Source: Bacillota bacterium (GTDB lineage Bacteria; Bacillota; SHA-98; UBA4971). From it: a stretch of DNA of 49,155 nt. The stretch covers positions 4,700 to 53,854 of the forward strand of contig JBFMGS010000008.1 of the NCBI GenBank assembly GCA_040752635.1, given 5' to 3'. A program made the translations under genes and the position numbers. This document shows, piece by piece, positions 37,814 through 46,679 of the stretch; positions within the stretch are counted from its first letter, which is position 1, and each line of letters starts with the position of its first letter. Below the pieces are notes generated by a model. The model saw only the letters and a list, made by a program, of their open reading frames with translations. It did not search any database and had not been told where the DNA came from.

Positions 37814-38917
37814 CTAATGGAATAGATTGACACCAGTATCCTTATGAAAGAGGTGCACGTGTCGCGGGTTGAACTGGAGGAACACGTTACCCCTGGCTCT
37901 AACATGCGTATCTGGCGATGTTTCAACCCGGATGATACTCTGGCCGACCCGAACCGTAACTACAGCAGTATCGCCCAGACTTTCGAAAAGCATCACCTCG
38001 CCCGGGATTGAATTAGCAGACATCTTTTCCGTTTGGAGGTCGATATACATCGGCCGTATCCCCAGGATCCCCTTTGATCCCGCCAGGTTCGATACCGCCA
38101 CACTAAAAGTCTTGTCCTGCAGTCTCAATGTGAAGCCGTCTCCGATGAGCAAAACGTGCTCCCCTTCGACTTGGACCGCCACGTCCAGAAAGTTCATCGG
38201 CGGCTCACCCACGAAATCTGCTACAAACAAGTTTCTCGGGCGGTTGAACACTTCCATCGGGGTTCCAAGTTGCTGCAACACGCCCAGGTTCATCACAGCT
38301 ATCCTGTCAGCCATGGCCATGGCTTCAATTTGGTCGTGCGTGACGAATATTATCGTGAGGCCCTTCAGGCGATGAAGGCGCTTCAGTTCGCTCCTCAACT
38401 GGCTTCGCTGTTTGGCGTCCAGGTGTGACAGGGGTTCATCCATCAGGTACACGCGGGCAGGCCGCACCATAGCGCGAGCAAAGGATATCCGCTGCTGTTG
38501 GCCTCCGCTCAGGTTCCTGGGAAGGCGGTCCAGGATGCCACCTATATCCAGCATCTCAGCGATTTCTTTGACTTGCCTGTCTACCTCTTGCTGCCTCACC
38601 CCTCTCACCCGCAAGGGGAAAGCGATGTTCTCATAAGCTGTCAGATGCGGGTACAAGGCATAAGCTTCGAACGCCATGGCGATATCTCTCTGTCGCGGCT
38701 CCAGAGCGTTGACCCGACGCCCGTCGATCAAGATGGACCCGAGAGTTATCTTTTCAAGTCCTGCTATCATTCTTAGAGTGGAACTTTTCCCGCATCCTGA
38801 CGGGCCGAGGAGCGCCAGGAATTCGCCTTCCTTGCACTCGAGATTCAGGTCCTTTACTGCTTCGACCTCGCCGTATTTCTTCCAGACGTTCTGCAAGACG
38901 ACAGTTCCCATTAGCAC
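37814..38917 (-). CDS. CUT1 ABC ATPase (MalK/MsmX-like)
   Basis: GPSGCGKSS, LSGGQQQR, DEPLSHLD and VTHDQ motifs; C-terminal OB/TOBE domain. Confidence 0.95.
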   Translation of the reverse strand: MLMGTVVLQNVWKKYGEVEAVKDLNLECKEGEFLALLGPSGCGKSSTLRMIAGLEKITLGSILIDGRRVNALEPRQRDIAMAFEAYALYPHLTAYENIAFPLRVRGVRQQEVDRQVKEIAEMLDIGGILDRLPRNLSGGQQQRISFARAMVRPARVYLMDEPLSHLDAKQRSQLRSELKRLHRLKGLTIIFVTHDQIEAMAMADRIAVMNLGVLQQLGTPMEVFNRPRNLFVADFVGEPPMNFLDVAVQVEGEHVLLIGDGFTLRLQDKTFSVAVSNLAGSKGILGIRPMYIDLQTEKMSANSIPGEVMLFESLGDTAVVTVRVGQSIIRVETSPDTHVRARGNVFLQFNPRHVHLFHKDTGVNLFH

Positions 38918-38983
38918 CTCTCCCTTGTGGCAACCGCTCCAGTTGTACTTGCGTTAAAGCCGAGACCTCGTCACAACCGAAAC

Positions 38984-40078
38984 CTATACGATCCGCTTGC
39001 CGGATGCGGCGTCGAAGATGCGGATCTTGTCCTGGGCAAGCCGGAGCCACACTTCGTCCCCGATCTCTGCACGGAAGTCCTCGCTTACCCTGATTCTCAC
39101 CAGGCTGGCCCCCAATCTTACAGTGAGCACGCTAACTGCGCCCAGTGGCTCGAGAACATAGACCTCTGCCTTCAATGAGTCCGGTGCAGTCGGGCGGAAA
39201 TCCACCGCGATCTGTGTAGGTCGAATCCCAATTCGAACGTCTCTCGGGGTGGCCAGGTTCTGTAAGAGCGGGACAGCATGAGGTGGTACTCGGAGAGAAA
39301 AGGTCTCTGATTCGAAAGAAAGGGAACCGTCAAGCTGTGTAACTCGGCAACTGATCAAATTCATAGGCGGCTCGCCTATGAGGTCCGCAACGAAGTCATT
39401 AGCAGGCTGGTCGTAAATCTCGGCCGGGCTTCCCACCTGTTGGATCGAACCTTTGTCGAGCACAATCACCCGGTCCGCCAGAGCCAGCGCTTCCCTGAAG
39501 TCGTGAGTGACGTAGATCATGGACTTCCCGAGTTCGCCGTGAAGCCTTTTCAGCTCCCCTCTCATCTCGTGTCGCAGCTTTGCGTCCAGGTGAGACAACG
39601 GTTCGTCCATGAGGTATACGTCTGCTTCTTTAGCGAGCGCTCTACCAAAAGATACCCTCTGCTGTTGCCCGCCGCTCAAATGAGCAGGCTTTCGGTCCAA
39701 CAACTGCTCTATCTGCAGTAACTTTGCCACATCTCGCACGCGCGTCTCCACGTCTTCAGAAGGCATACCTACAGCCCTTAGCGGCGAAGCGATGTTCTCA
39801 AAGGCGGATAAGTGTGGGTAAAGCGCGTAATTCTCGAATACCATAGCAACGCGTCTTTGTCGGGGTTCCAGGCCATTAACCTCTCGGCCGTCTATGAGGA
39901 TATGGCCGGATGTGACTCTCTCGAGACCTGCGATCATCTTTAAGGTAGAGGTCTTACCTGCACCAGACGGGCCGAGCAACACCAGGAGCTCCCCGTCTCT
40001 ACATTCGAATGAGACGTCTTTGACCGCCTCAAGCTCCCCGTATTTCTTGCAAACGTTCTGGAGAACGACCTCAGCCAT
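38984..40078 (-). CDS. CUT1 ABC ATPase (second paralog)
   Basis: GPSGAGKTS, LSGGQQQR, DEPLSHLD and VTHD motifs. Start ATG 40078 (MAEVVLQNV). Confidence 0.95.
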   Translation of the reverse strand: MAEVVLQNVCKKYGELEAVKDVSFECRDGELLVLLGPSGAGKTSTLKMIAGLERVTSGHILIDGREVNGLEPRQRRVAMVFENYALYPHLSAFENIASPLRAVGMPSEDVETRVRDVAKLLQIEQLLDRKPAHLSGGQQQRVSFGRALAKEADVYLMDEPLSHLDAKLRHEMRGELKRLHGELGKSMIYVTHDFREALALADRVIVLDKGSIQQVGSPAEIYDQPANDFVADLIGEPPMNLISCRVTQLDGSLSFESETFSLRVPPHAVPLLQNLATPRDVRIGIRPTQIAVDFRPTAPDSLKAEVYVLEPLGAVSVLTVRLGASLVRIRVSEDFRAEIGDEVWLRLAQDKIRIFDAASGKRIV

Positions 40079-40122
40079 CGTCCCAACTCCTATCCAGGCT
40101 GGTTTTCGCGCTACGACCCTTA

Positions 40123-40647
40123 TCACAATGAGATTTTGAATTTGACACCCAACTCTTTCGTAAAGTCATGGAGGTCTATGTCCTCTTCGACAGTCCCTTT
40201 ACGTAGGACAAGAACGAAGTTCATGCTCTCTGCCAGCGGAAACGGAGCCCAGTGCCACACGCCGGCGTCCAGGTTCACCGCAACCGAGCCGTCTAGAATG
40301 AACGCAGCAATCTGCGAAGGATCCGGTAGTTGATCGGGGTTCGCTGGGTCAGATGCAGGAGCGAGAGCGAAGATACAGGCCTTGCCCTCTAAGGGAATGA
40401 AAGTTTCGTCGCTTTTCGAGTGTCTTTCCATGGTGTTGAATTCGAAGGGCCGAAATCTGGTTGCGAGAAAGCCAAGCTCCGCATGTCCGTTGCTGACGTT
40501 GAGGTTTACAACCTGGTCCCAATAATCCAGTACTCCACTGACCGATACCGATGGTTTGGTATTTGGCAGCTCAATGAGCGTGCCAAACGGTTTGAAGTTG
40601 TCCCGGGTGGGACGGAGAACCCTCACGCTAACTTCTCTTACAGTCAC
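40123..40647 (-). CDS. Ureidoglycolate lyase (AllA)-like cupin
   Basis: FKPFG, MERH..SDETFIPL, AF...G..AVNL..GVWH motifs. Confidence 0.75.
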   Translation of the reverse strand: MTVREVSVRVLRPTRDNFKPFGTLIELPNTKPSVSVSGVLDYWDQVVNLNVSNGHAELGFLATRFRPFEFNTMERHSKSDETFIPLEGKACIFALAPASDPANPDQLPDPSQIAAFILDGSVAVNLDAGVWHWAPFPLAESMNFVLVLRKGTVEEDIDLHDFTKELGVKFKISL

Positions 40648-40830
40648 GTTCGCGCGCCTCCAATCTTATGCTTGATTTATCGACCCTTTCTCAGCGCTTG
40701 AGCACTGAAACGGGTGACGCCTTCAGGCAGAGAAGAATGCGTGGCGAACTCACATACTCTGGAGCTGGCTATGATATTTCGCTACACTACGACCTGGTCT
40801 GGATGAACATCCACTCTCCTATGTCAGCAT

Positions 40831-40844
40831 TGCAAACGTGAGCA
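40831..40844. promoter_or_regulatory. Possible LacI-family operator before the cupin/ABC genes
   Basis: TGCAAACGTGAGCA, an imperfect palindrome with central CG, immediately 3' of the lacI-like stop. Confidence 0.4.
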
Positions 40845-41855
40845 TTAGCGTAATTCTCTACATGACTGCCTCACTCTTAACTTCGTTGGTAAAACAACCT
40901 TACGGACTGCCGTCTGATCGCGGTTCTCTATGCGCGAAATCAATAGTTCGGTTGCTATTCGCCCCATGTCCGACATCGGGCGGTCTACCACTGTCAGCGG
41001 CGGAGTAAGGTAAGCTGCCAGCAAGAAATCATCAAACCCAACGAGAGACACCTGGTCTGGAATTCGAACCCCCATGTCACGAAGAGCTTCAAAGATACCC
41101 ATTGTCATCAGGTTGTTGCCGCCGAAGATGGCTGTCGGCGGGGTGGGCAGCGACATCAGGTGCCTCGCCAGTTCATAACCGGATCTCGTTCGGAAGTCGC
41201 CTTCCTTCACGTAATCCGATACCACCTCCACCCCTCTTGCGCGCATGGCTTGCAGATACCCTCTCAAGCGGCCACCACCGGGCGTCATGTTCTCAGGTCC
41301 GTGAATGATCGCTATTCTCGTGTGGCCTAGTTGCAGTAGATAATCAGTGGCCTGAAACGCCCCTCCCTCGTTGTCGATTATCACCGAGTCATACTGGAAC
41401 CCCTCGATGTGGCGGTCTATGAACACGATCGGAAGCCGACTCTCTGATCCTTTCAAGCCCCAGCGTAGCGTTGCCCCGGACTCATCGACTAGAATCATCA
41501 ATAAGCCGTCAACCCTCTGTTGTCGAAGATTCCGGACAACCGCCTTCTCTGTCCTGACATCTTCGTTGGTGTTCCCGAGAATTATGTTGTAACCATACTC
41601 AACACACACCGATTCAACTCCCTTTAACACCTCAGGGAAGAACGGGTTACCGATGTCCGGGATAACAAAGCCTATCGTTTTCGTCTGGCGCATCCTCAGA
41701 CTTTTGGCTATTGTGTCGGGTACATATCCCTGATCCTCAATGACTCGCAGTACCTTCTTGTAGGTCTCCTGCGCCACATTGCCGGTCTTGTTGATCACCC
41801 TGGACACGGTCGCTGTGGAAACTCCTGCAATTCGCGCAATGTCCCGCTGGTTCAA
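40845..41855 (-). CDS. LacI-family transcriptional regulator
   Basis: DIARIAGVSTATVSRVIN, IGFVIPDIGNPFF and SLVGFDD motifs. Start TTG 41855 with GGAGG RBS. Confidence 0.95.
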   Translation of the reverse strand: MNQRDIARIAGVSTATVSRVINKTGNVAQETYKKVLRVIEDQGYVPDTIAKSLRMRQTKTIGFVIPDIGNPFFPEVLKGVESVCVEYGYNIILGNTNEDVRTEKAVVRNLRQQRVDGLLMILVDESGATLRWGLKGSESRLPIVFIDRHIEGFQYDSVIIDNEGGAFQATDYLLQLGHTRIAIIHGPENMTPGGGRLRGYLQAMRARGVEVVSDYVKEGDFRTRSGYELARHLMSLPTPPTAIFGGNNLMTMGIFEALRDMGVRIPDQVSLVGFDDFLLAAYLTPPLTVVDRPMSDMGRIATELLISRIENRDQTAVRKVVLPTKLRVRQSCRELR

Positions 41856-41875
41856 AGGTTGTTTCCTCCATTGCC

Positions 41876-41889
41876 TGTATACGCATACA
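41876..41889. promoter_or_regulatory. LacI/cre-type operator O2
   Basis: TGTATACGCATACA; its reverse complement is 13/14 identical to O1. Confidence 0.65.
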
Positions 41890-42130
41890 ATGTTTTCAGG
41901 TTGAGACACCATCACCCCGGCTACGCGTCTAAGTAGCCAAGCGCCGCTGCACGCACGCCGCATAAGCAAGAGGACGGGAAAGAGAGTCGTGTTTCCTCGC
42001 TGCTAGAGACGGCTATGCCTGCTAAACGTGCCGGTTCGTCGCTAGCCGCATGTCGTAATCATACGGCCCGACGTCATCGTTACTATTTGCAACCACCCAC
42101 GTCTCCCGGATCTGCACCACTCGAAATTCG

Positions 42131-42172
42131 TGTATGCGTTTACATTATAAACCCAGGTTTTCGCACCGTCAA
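42131..42172 (-). promoter_or_regulatory. Strong sigmaA promoter overlapped by LacI/cre-type operator O1
   Basis: Minus strand TTGACG (42172-42167), 17-nt spacer, TATAAT (42149-42144), directly followed by TGTAAACGCATACA (42144-42131). Confidence 0.8.
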
Positions 42173-42873
42173 GTACTAAGTGGTAACCATTCCAGCAAAT
42201 ATATCGTAGACCTGATAACGGTAGCCGGGTGGAGCAGCGGCCGCCATAGCAGAACGTATGTGACTTCGCAAGGGTCCCGCGCTACTCATAGAGTAGCGAG
42301 GTCGAACGCGGTAGTGAACCCAATGCTCGCTAGTTGCGAGTGTAATCGTATGCATTCTGGCCTGGAGATCCGTTTGGAGGCCTGTTGTTGCTCCTGCTGG
42401 GCCGTCTTCAATGATTAGAGCCGGGTCCAGGATATGGAGCTATCGGCAGCAATAGTAGAAGTGCCATCTGTAGGCCCAAGTCCTCTATGGAATTTGGGTG
42501 CGGGTCGTTGCCGGTATCTTATCTAAGAAAAGAATTGTGGAAAAGAAGGAAAACGCAACTGGACGCAGAATAACGCATGTGAACGATAATAAATGATCAC
42601 TCAGCGTGGACTCCATACACGGAGGCAGTTCTATTCGGTTGAGAGATATCCGGGAAGCAAGCGCCAATACATGAAGCGGGGACCGGTTCGCCTTTAGATA
42701 CTCGTCTTTGTGGAGGGGAGGTGATGGCCCGCGGAGATGTGCGCCCTGCTCGGGCAAGGGAACTCTCATGGCAGAGTTGCCCCAGGGTAAGCAGTAGGGA
42801 TGGTTCCGGAGTTCTGGAGAGTGGTGTTTCCGGTACGGGTAGACCTTAAGAAAAAGAAAGAGGAGGGCTCAAG

Positions 42874-44253
42874 ATGAGACGGCGCTGGTATGTTTCTGCT
42901 GGTATGATAGTCCTCGTTGCGGTGCTAGTTGCCCTTTCCCTAAATGGGGCGGCCTTCGCCAGGAGGCAGATCACCATCGCCCATTACATGCTGGACGTCT
43001 ACAACAAACAGCTAGATACGGTTATAGCTCGTTATCAGAAGGCTCACCCTGATGTGGACGTCAAGTACATAACCATTCCCAGCACGGAGTATCACACCTG
43101 GCACTTGACCCAGCTTGCAGGCGGCGATCCGCCTGACATCATGCAGAACAACTGGGGCTCCGAGGACTTTCGCAAGGGTCTTATAGTGTCCCTGGACGAG
43201 TTCATTAACAAAACCAACCCATACACGGGCAAGACATGGAAAGACATGTTTGAGCCGGGTTCGCTGGATGGCTTTGTGAGCACTGACCCCATCACAAGGA
43301 AACTCATCGGCATCCCCGTGAACTGGTCATCCTTTGCGTTCTTCTACAACAAGGACGTGTTCAAGAAGCTGGGCCTTGAGCCGCCGAAGACCTGGGTACA
43401 GTGGTTCGAGATGGCCGAGAAGCTGAAAAGCGCGGGCTATGTTCCGCAAGCCGCCACGTTCACGGGCGGGCCGGAGGTCTGGAGCGTCGGATACATAGAG
43501 GGCACAATGTGGCAGAGCTGGGTGCCGAAGCTCGACGTGCTGCAGCCCAACGGACAGGTTGACTTGAACGAGCTTGTGAGGGCGATCCAGCTTGATCTGA
43601 TCAAGGCTGATGATCCGCAGTTCCAGGCGCCGTATGAGTTCTTGAAGAAATGGTCTCAGTACTGGCAGGCGGGCGCAGTGGGCGCGGCGGATCACGGTCG
43701 TCTCTGGACGACGGGAAAAGCAGCTTTGTTTATGGCCGGTAGCTGGATGCTCCAGTCAATCGAGGAGAACAAGGAGCGCGGCTTCGATTACGGGATCTTC
43801 GTGTTCCCCGATATTACGCGGGAGACCTCGCCGTATGCAACAGGCTCGACCTGCAGGCCGGGGGAGGCGGGCATAACCTGGACCATCCCGACAGCCACTG
43901 TGAAGAGGGGCAATTTAGACCTGGCTATTGACTTCCTTCAGTTCATGACAGCGCCGGAGAACGCCACCGTCCTGGAGAAGGCGTACAATATGCCCCCGAT
44001 CATCAAGGGTGTTGAACCGGCCAACCCAAAGGTCAAGGCGTTCGTAGCGCCCGAAGCCAACCCGAAGATCCAGCTTTCGCTCACGGGTCCGTTCGGCGAC
44101 ATGAAGTTCAAGAACCTGCAGCTTCTTCTCTCGGGCGGTCTCACCATGGATAAGTTCGTGCAGACTTTGGGGCGCGAGATGAAGAGAGCGGCGGAGCAGC
44201 TCGCCCGCGAGAACAACTGGACGTCTCAGAATAACTGGGGTGGGGGTAAGTAA
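42874..44253 (+). CDS. CUT1 ABC solute-binding protein
   Basis: Signal peptide ending AFA with no Cys; GIPVNWSSFAFFYNKDVFKKLGLEPPKTW motif; GAGGAGG RBS. Confidence 0.92.
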   Translation: MRRRWYVSAGMIVLVAVLVALSLNGAAFARRQITIAHYMLDVYNKQLDTVIARYQKAHPDVDVKYITIPSTEYHTWHLTQLAGGDPPDIMQNNWGSEDFRKGLIVSLDEFINKTNPYTGKTWKDMFEPGSLDGFVSTDPITRKLIGIPVNWSSFAFFYNKDVFKKLGLEPPKTWVQWFEMAEKLKSAGYVPQAATFTGGPEVWSVGYIEGTMWQSWVPKLDVLQPNGQVDLNELVRAIQLDLIKADDPQFQAPYEFLKKWSQYWQAGAVGAADHGRLWTTGKAALFMAGSWMLQSIEENKERGFDYGIFVFPDITRETSPYATGSTCRPGEAGITWTIPTATVKRGNLDLAIDFLQFMTAPENATVLEKAYNMPPIIKGVEPANPKVKAFVAPEANPKIQLSLTGPFGDMKFKNLQLLLSGGLTMDKFVQTLGREMKRAAEQLARENNWTSQNNWGGGK

Positions 44254-44545
44254 CTTCTAGCCAACTTCCAGCCAGATGATGTATTAGGGCGCCTTCTAAG
44301 TCAGGGCTGGAAGCGCTTGGCACCTTGGAGTTGCCGGTGATTGCGCTAGGGGCGTTCCGAATCTGGATAGTACCGAGTGCAACACCGGCAACCCCAGCAG
44401 AGTCATATCCCGAAAGTGGCGTGGATTTCTGACTGCCTAGTTAGCGCTGGGCAATGCGGTTGGTCGTACCCTTGGGTGCTGCGGGCCAGCCTGGCAAGGT
44501 GGGAACAGGGTACAGCGGGAGTAACTGTAAGCGGGGGGAGCGGCG

Positions 44546-45460
44546 GTGAAGCGCAGGACAGTTTGGCAGGAAATCGGGCGAAAGAAGTTTGTCTATTTCT
44601 TTCTTGCACCCACTTTCGTGCTGCTGCTGTTGTTTGAATACTATCCTGCCTTCTCCGCCGTTTACCACTCCTTTTTCGACTGGGACGGGTTTTACGTAAA
44701 CCGCTTCGTAGGACTTGCAAACTACAAGGAGATTCTCTTCGACGATTGGGTGCTTCGCATCTCCGTTGTCAACATGCTAAAGTTGATGACCTTCGGGATG
44801 GGCGTGGGGCTGGTCATGCCGATCCTCGTCGCCGAGGTCCTCTTTAGCCTGAGGAGTCTGCGGTGGAAATACATATACAGGGTTCTATTGGTGCTCCCTG
44901 CCCTGATCCCCGGCATCGTGGGAATGCTCTTGTGGGGGTATATCTACGAGCCGACATATGGGCTGGCAAATCAGCTTCTCCGAGCGGTAGGCCTCGGGCG
45001 CCTAGCCAGGGAGTGGCTGGGAGACCCCAGGGTCGCCCTCTACGCCCTGATGTTTATGGGGTTCCCGTGGGTAGGCGGTATAGGCGTGTTGATTTACCTG
45101 GCCGGGCTGCAGAATATCCCGCAAGAGGTTTTTGACTGCTGTAGGCTGGACGGAGCACAGGGACTCGCCCGTTTCTTTAAGGTCGACCTTCCCCTCATCA
45201 TGGGCCAGGTGAAGCTCAACGTGATAATGGGGTTCATCGGCGGGATTCAAGGCTTTGGAGTGCAGTTGATCCTGACGAAAGGCGGCCCGGGGTTTGCTAC
45301 GACGGTTCCGGGGCTTGTTCTGTACGACAATGCTTTCAAATACGGGAGGATGGGCTACGCTTCGGCCATTGGGGTCTGCATGTTTGTGATCATAATGGGG
45401 CTGACGTATGCCAACATGAAGTACTTGAAGTCGGGCATAGAGTATCAAGCTAGAAGTTGA
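44546..45460 (+). CDS. CUT1 ABC permease (MalF-like)
   Basis: YLAGLQNIPQEVFDCCRLDGA EAA loop; GRMGYASAIG. Confidence 0.93.
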   Translation: MKRRTVWQEIGRKKFVYFFLAPTFVLLLLFEYYPAFSAVYHSFFDWDGFYVNRFVGLANYKEILFDDWVLRISVVNMLKLMTFGMGVGLVMPILVAEVLFSLRSLRWKYIYRVLLVLPALIPGIVGMLLWGYIYEPTYGLANQLLRAVGLGRLAREWLGDPRVALYALMFMGFPWVGGIGVLIYLAGLQNIPQEVFDCCRLDGAQGLARFFKVDLPLIMGQVKLNVIMGFIGGIQGFGVQLILTKGGPGFATTVPGLVLYDNAFKYGRMGYASAIGVCMFVIIMGLTYANMKYLKSGIEYQARS

Positions 45461-45600
45461 TCTTTATTCCCCTATTCCCTGACTTTGAGAAGGGGTTGCC
45501 AGTGATTGCGCGGCGCGTTTGAAATTTGGATAGTAAAGTGGTACGGATTTGCGGCCACCAGCTTGGGTCCTGCAACTACGCTTTTGTGGGGTGGGCAATA

Positions 45601-46434
45601 GTGAGTGCCAACCGGGGAAACTCCTGGGTAGAACTATCCAAGCACCTTTTGCTGTGGATCATCGTAGTTCTTACGTTTTACCCGTTCGCCTTCATGTTCA
45701 TCACTTCTCTCAAGACACAAAGCCAGTTTGAGGTGTACTTCTGGCAGGTGGTGCGCCCGTTTCATTGGGAGAACTACGCCTTCGCATGGGCCAAGGTTGC
45801 GCCCTACATCGCGAATAGCATTATCATATGCGTTGCGGCTACGACCCTGATTCTCGTGGTCTCGTCTATGTCCGCATACGTCTTCGCACGGTTCGCGTTT
45901 CCTTTCAAGGAGGCTCTCTTTTACGCGATCTTGGGGATCGTGATGATTCCGGGCACTCTCACGCTGATCACCCGGTTCGTTTTGGTGAAACGCCTGGGCC
46001 TGCTCGATACCAGATGGGTGCTGATCCTGCCGTACGTAGCCGGAGGCCAGGTCTTCTCCATACTCTTTTTGCGCACTTTCTTCGCGTCGATCCCGGAGGA
46101 GCTCTTCGAGGCCGCCAGGCTTGACGGTGCGTCGGAGCTTGCGAGCTGCCTCAGGATCGCCATCCCTCTTTCCATGCCCATCCTAAGTACTGTGGCGATT
46201 CTGAATATCCTGGCACAATGGAATGACCTGATCTGGCCTCTGATAACCATCACCAGCGAACACTTGAAGACCATTCCGGTGGGCATTGCGTATTTTCGTA
46301 CGAGCATCTGGCGGCCGGAAACCGGACAGGTGATGGCCGCTTATATGATTACCTCGCTTCCCCTGGTAGTGCTCTTTTTCGCCAGCATGCGGACGTTTAT
46401 CGAGGGGCTTACGAGCGGGGCGATCAAAGCATAG
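45601..46434 (+). CDS. CUT1 ABC permease (MalG-like)
   Basis: FFASIPEELFEAARLDGA and WNDLIWPL motifs. Start more likely GTG 45601 than TTG 45526. Confidence 0.92.
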   Translation: MSANRGNSWVELSKHLLLWIIVVLTFYPFAFMFITSLKTQSQFEVYFWQVVRPFHWENYAFAWAKVAPYIANSIIICVAATTLILVVSSMSAYVFARFAFPFKEALFYAILGIVMIPGTLTLITRFVLVKRLGLLDTRWVLILPYVAGGQVFSILFLRTFFASIPEELFEAARLDGASELASCLRIAIPLSMPILSTVAILNILAQWNDLIWPLITITSEHLKTIPVGIAYFRTSIWRPETGQVMAAYMITSLPLVVLFFASMRTFIEGLTSGAIKA

Positions 46435-46679
46435 CAGAGGAGTGCGTACGTTTGAGGCCGTGGTCTGTCTTCGGCGGCCCTGCGGCGTAATGACGCGATG
46501 AGGCGTGAAGGGCGCAAAAGGCGTCGGAAAGGCTTAAGGTTCCGCGGCGCGTCAAGCTGGATCACGTAGACATGAGGCGGAATTGTACATGCAAATCTGT
46601 AGGTGCGAAGCAGCGCCAACTCCTTGAGGTTCGAGCCTGGTCATGCGTAGAAGTGCGTGCTGAACAGGAGGTTTTGCAA

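Noticed and set aside
42200-42860. Long intergenic region with several small hairpins and a weak TGTGAACGATAATA site (42578-42591)
   Set aside because: No recognisable tRNA, riboswitch or coding remnant, and the operator-like match is too degenerate.
44318-44334. sigma54-like TGGCAC...TTGC
   Set aside because: Spacing is 7 nt instead of the strict 5 nt.
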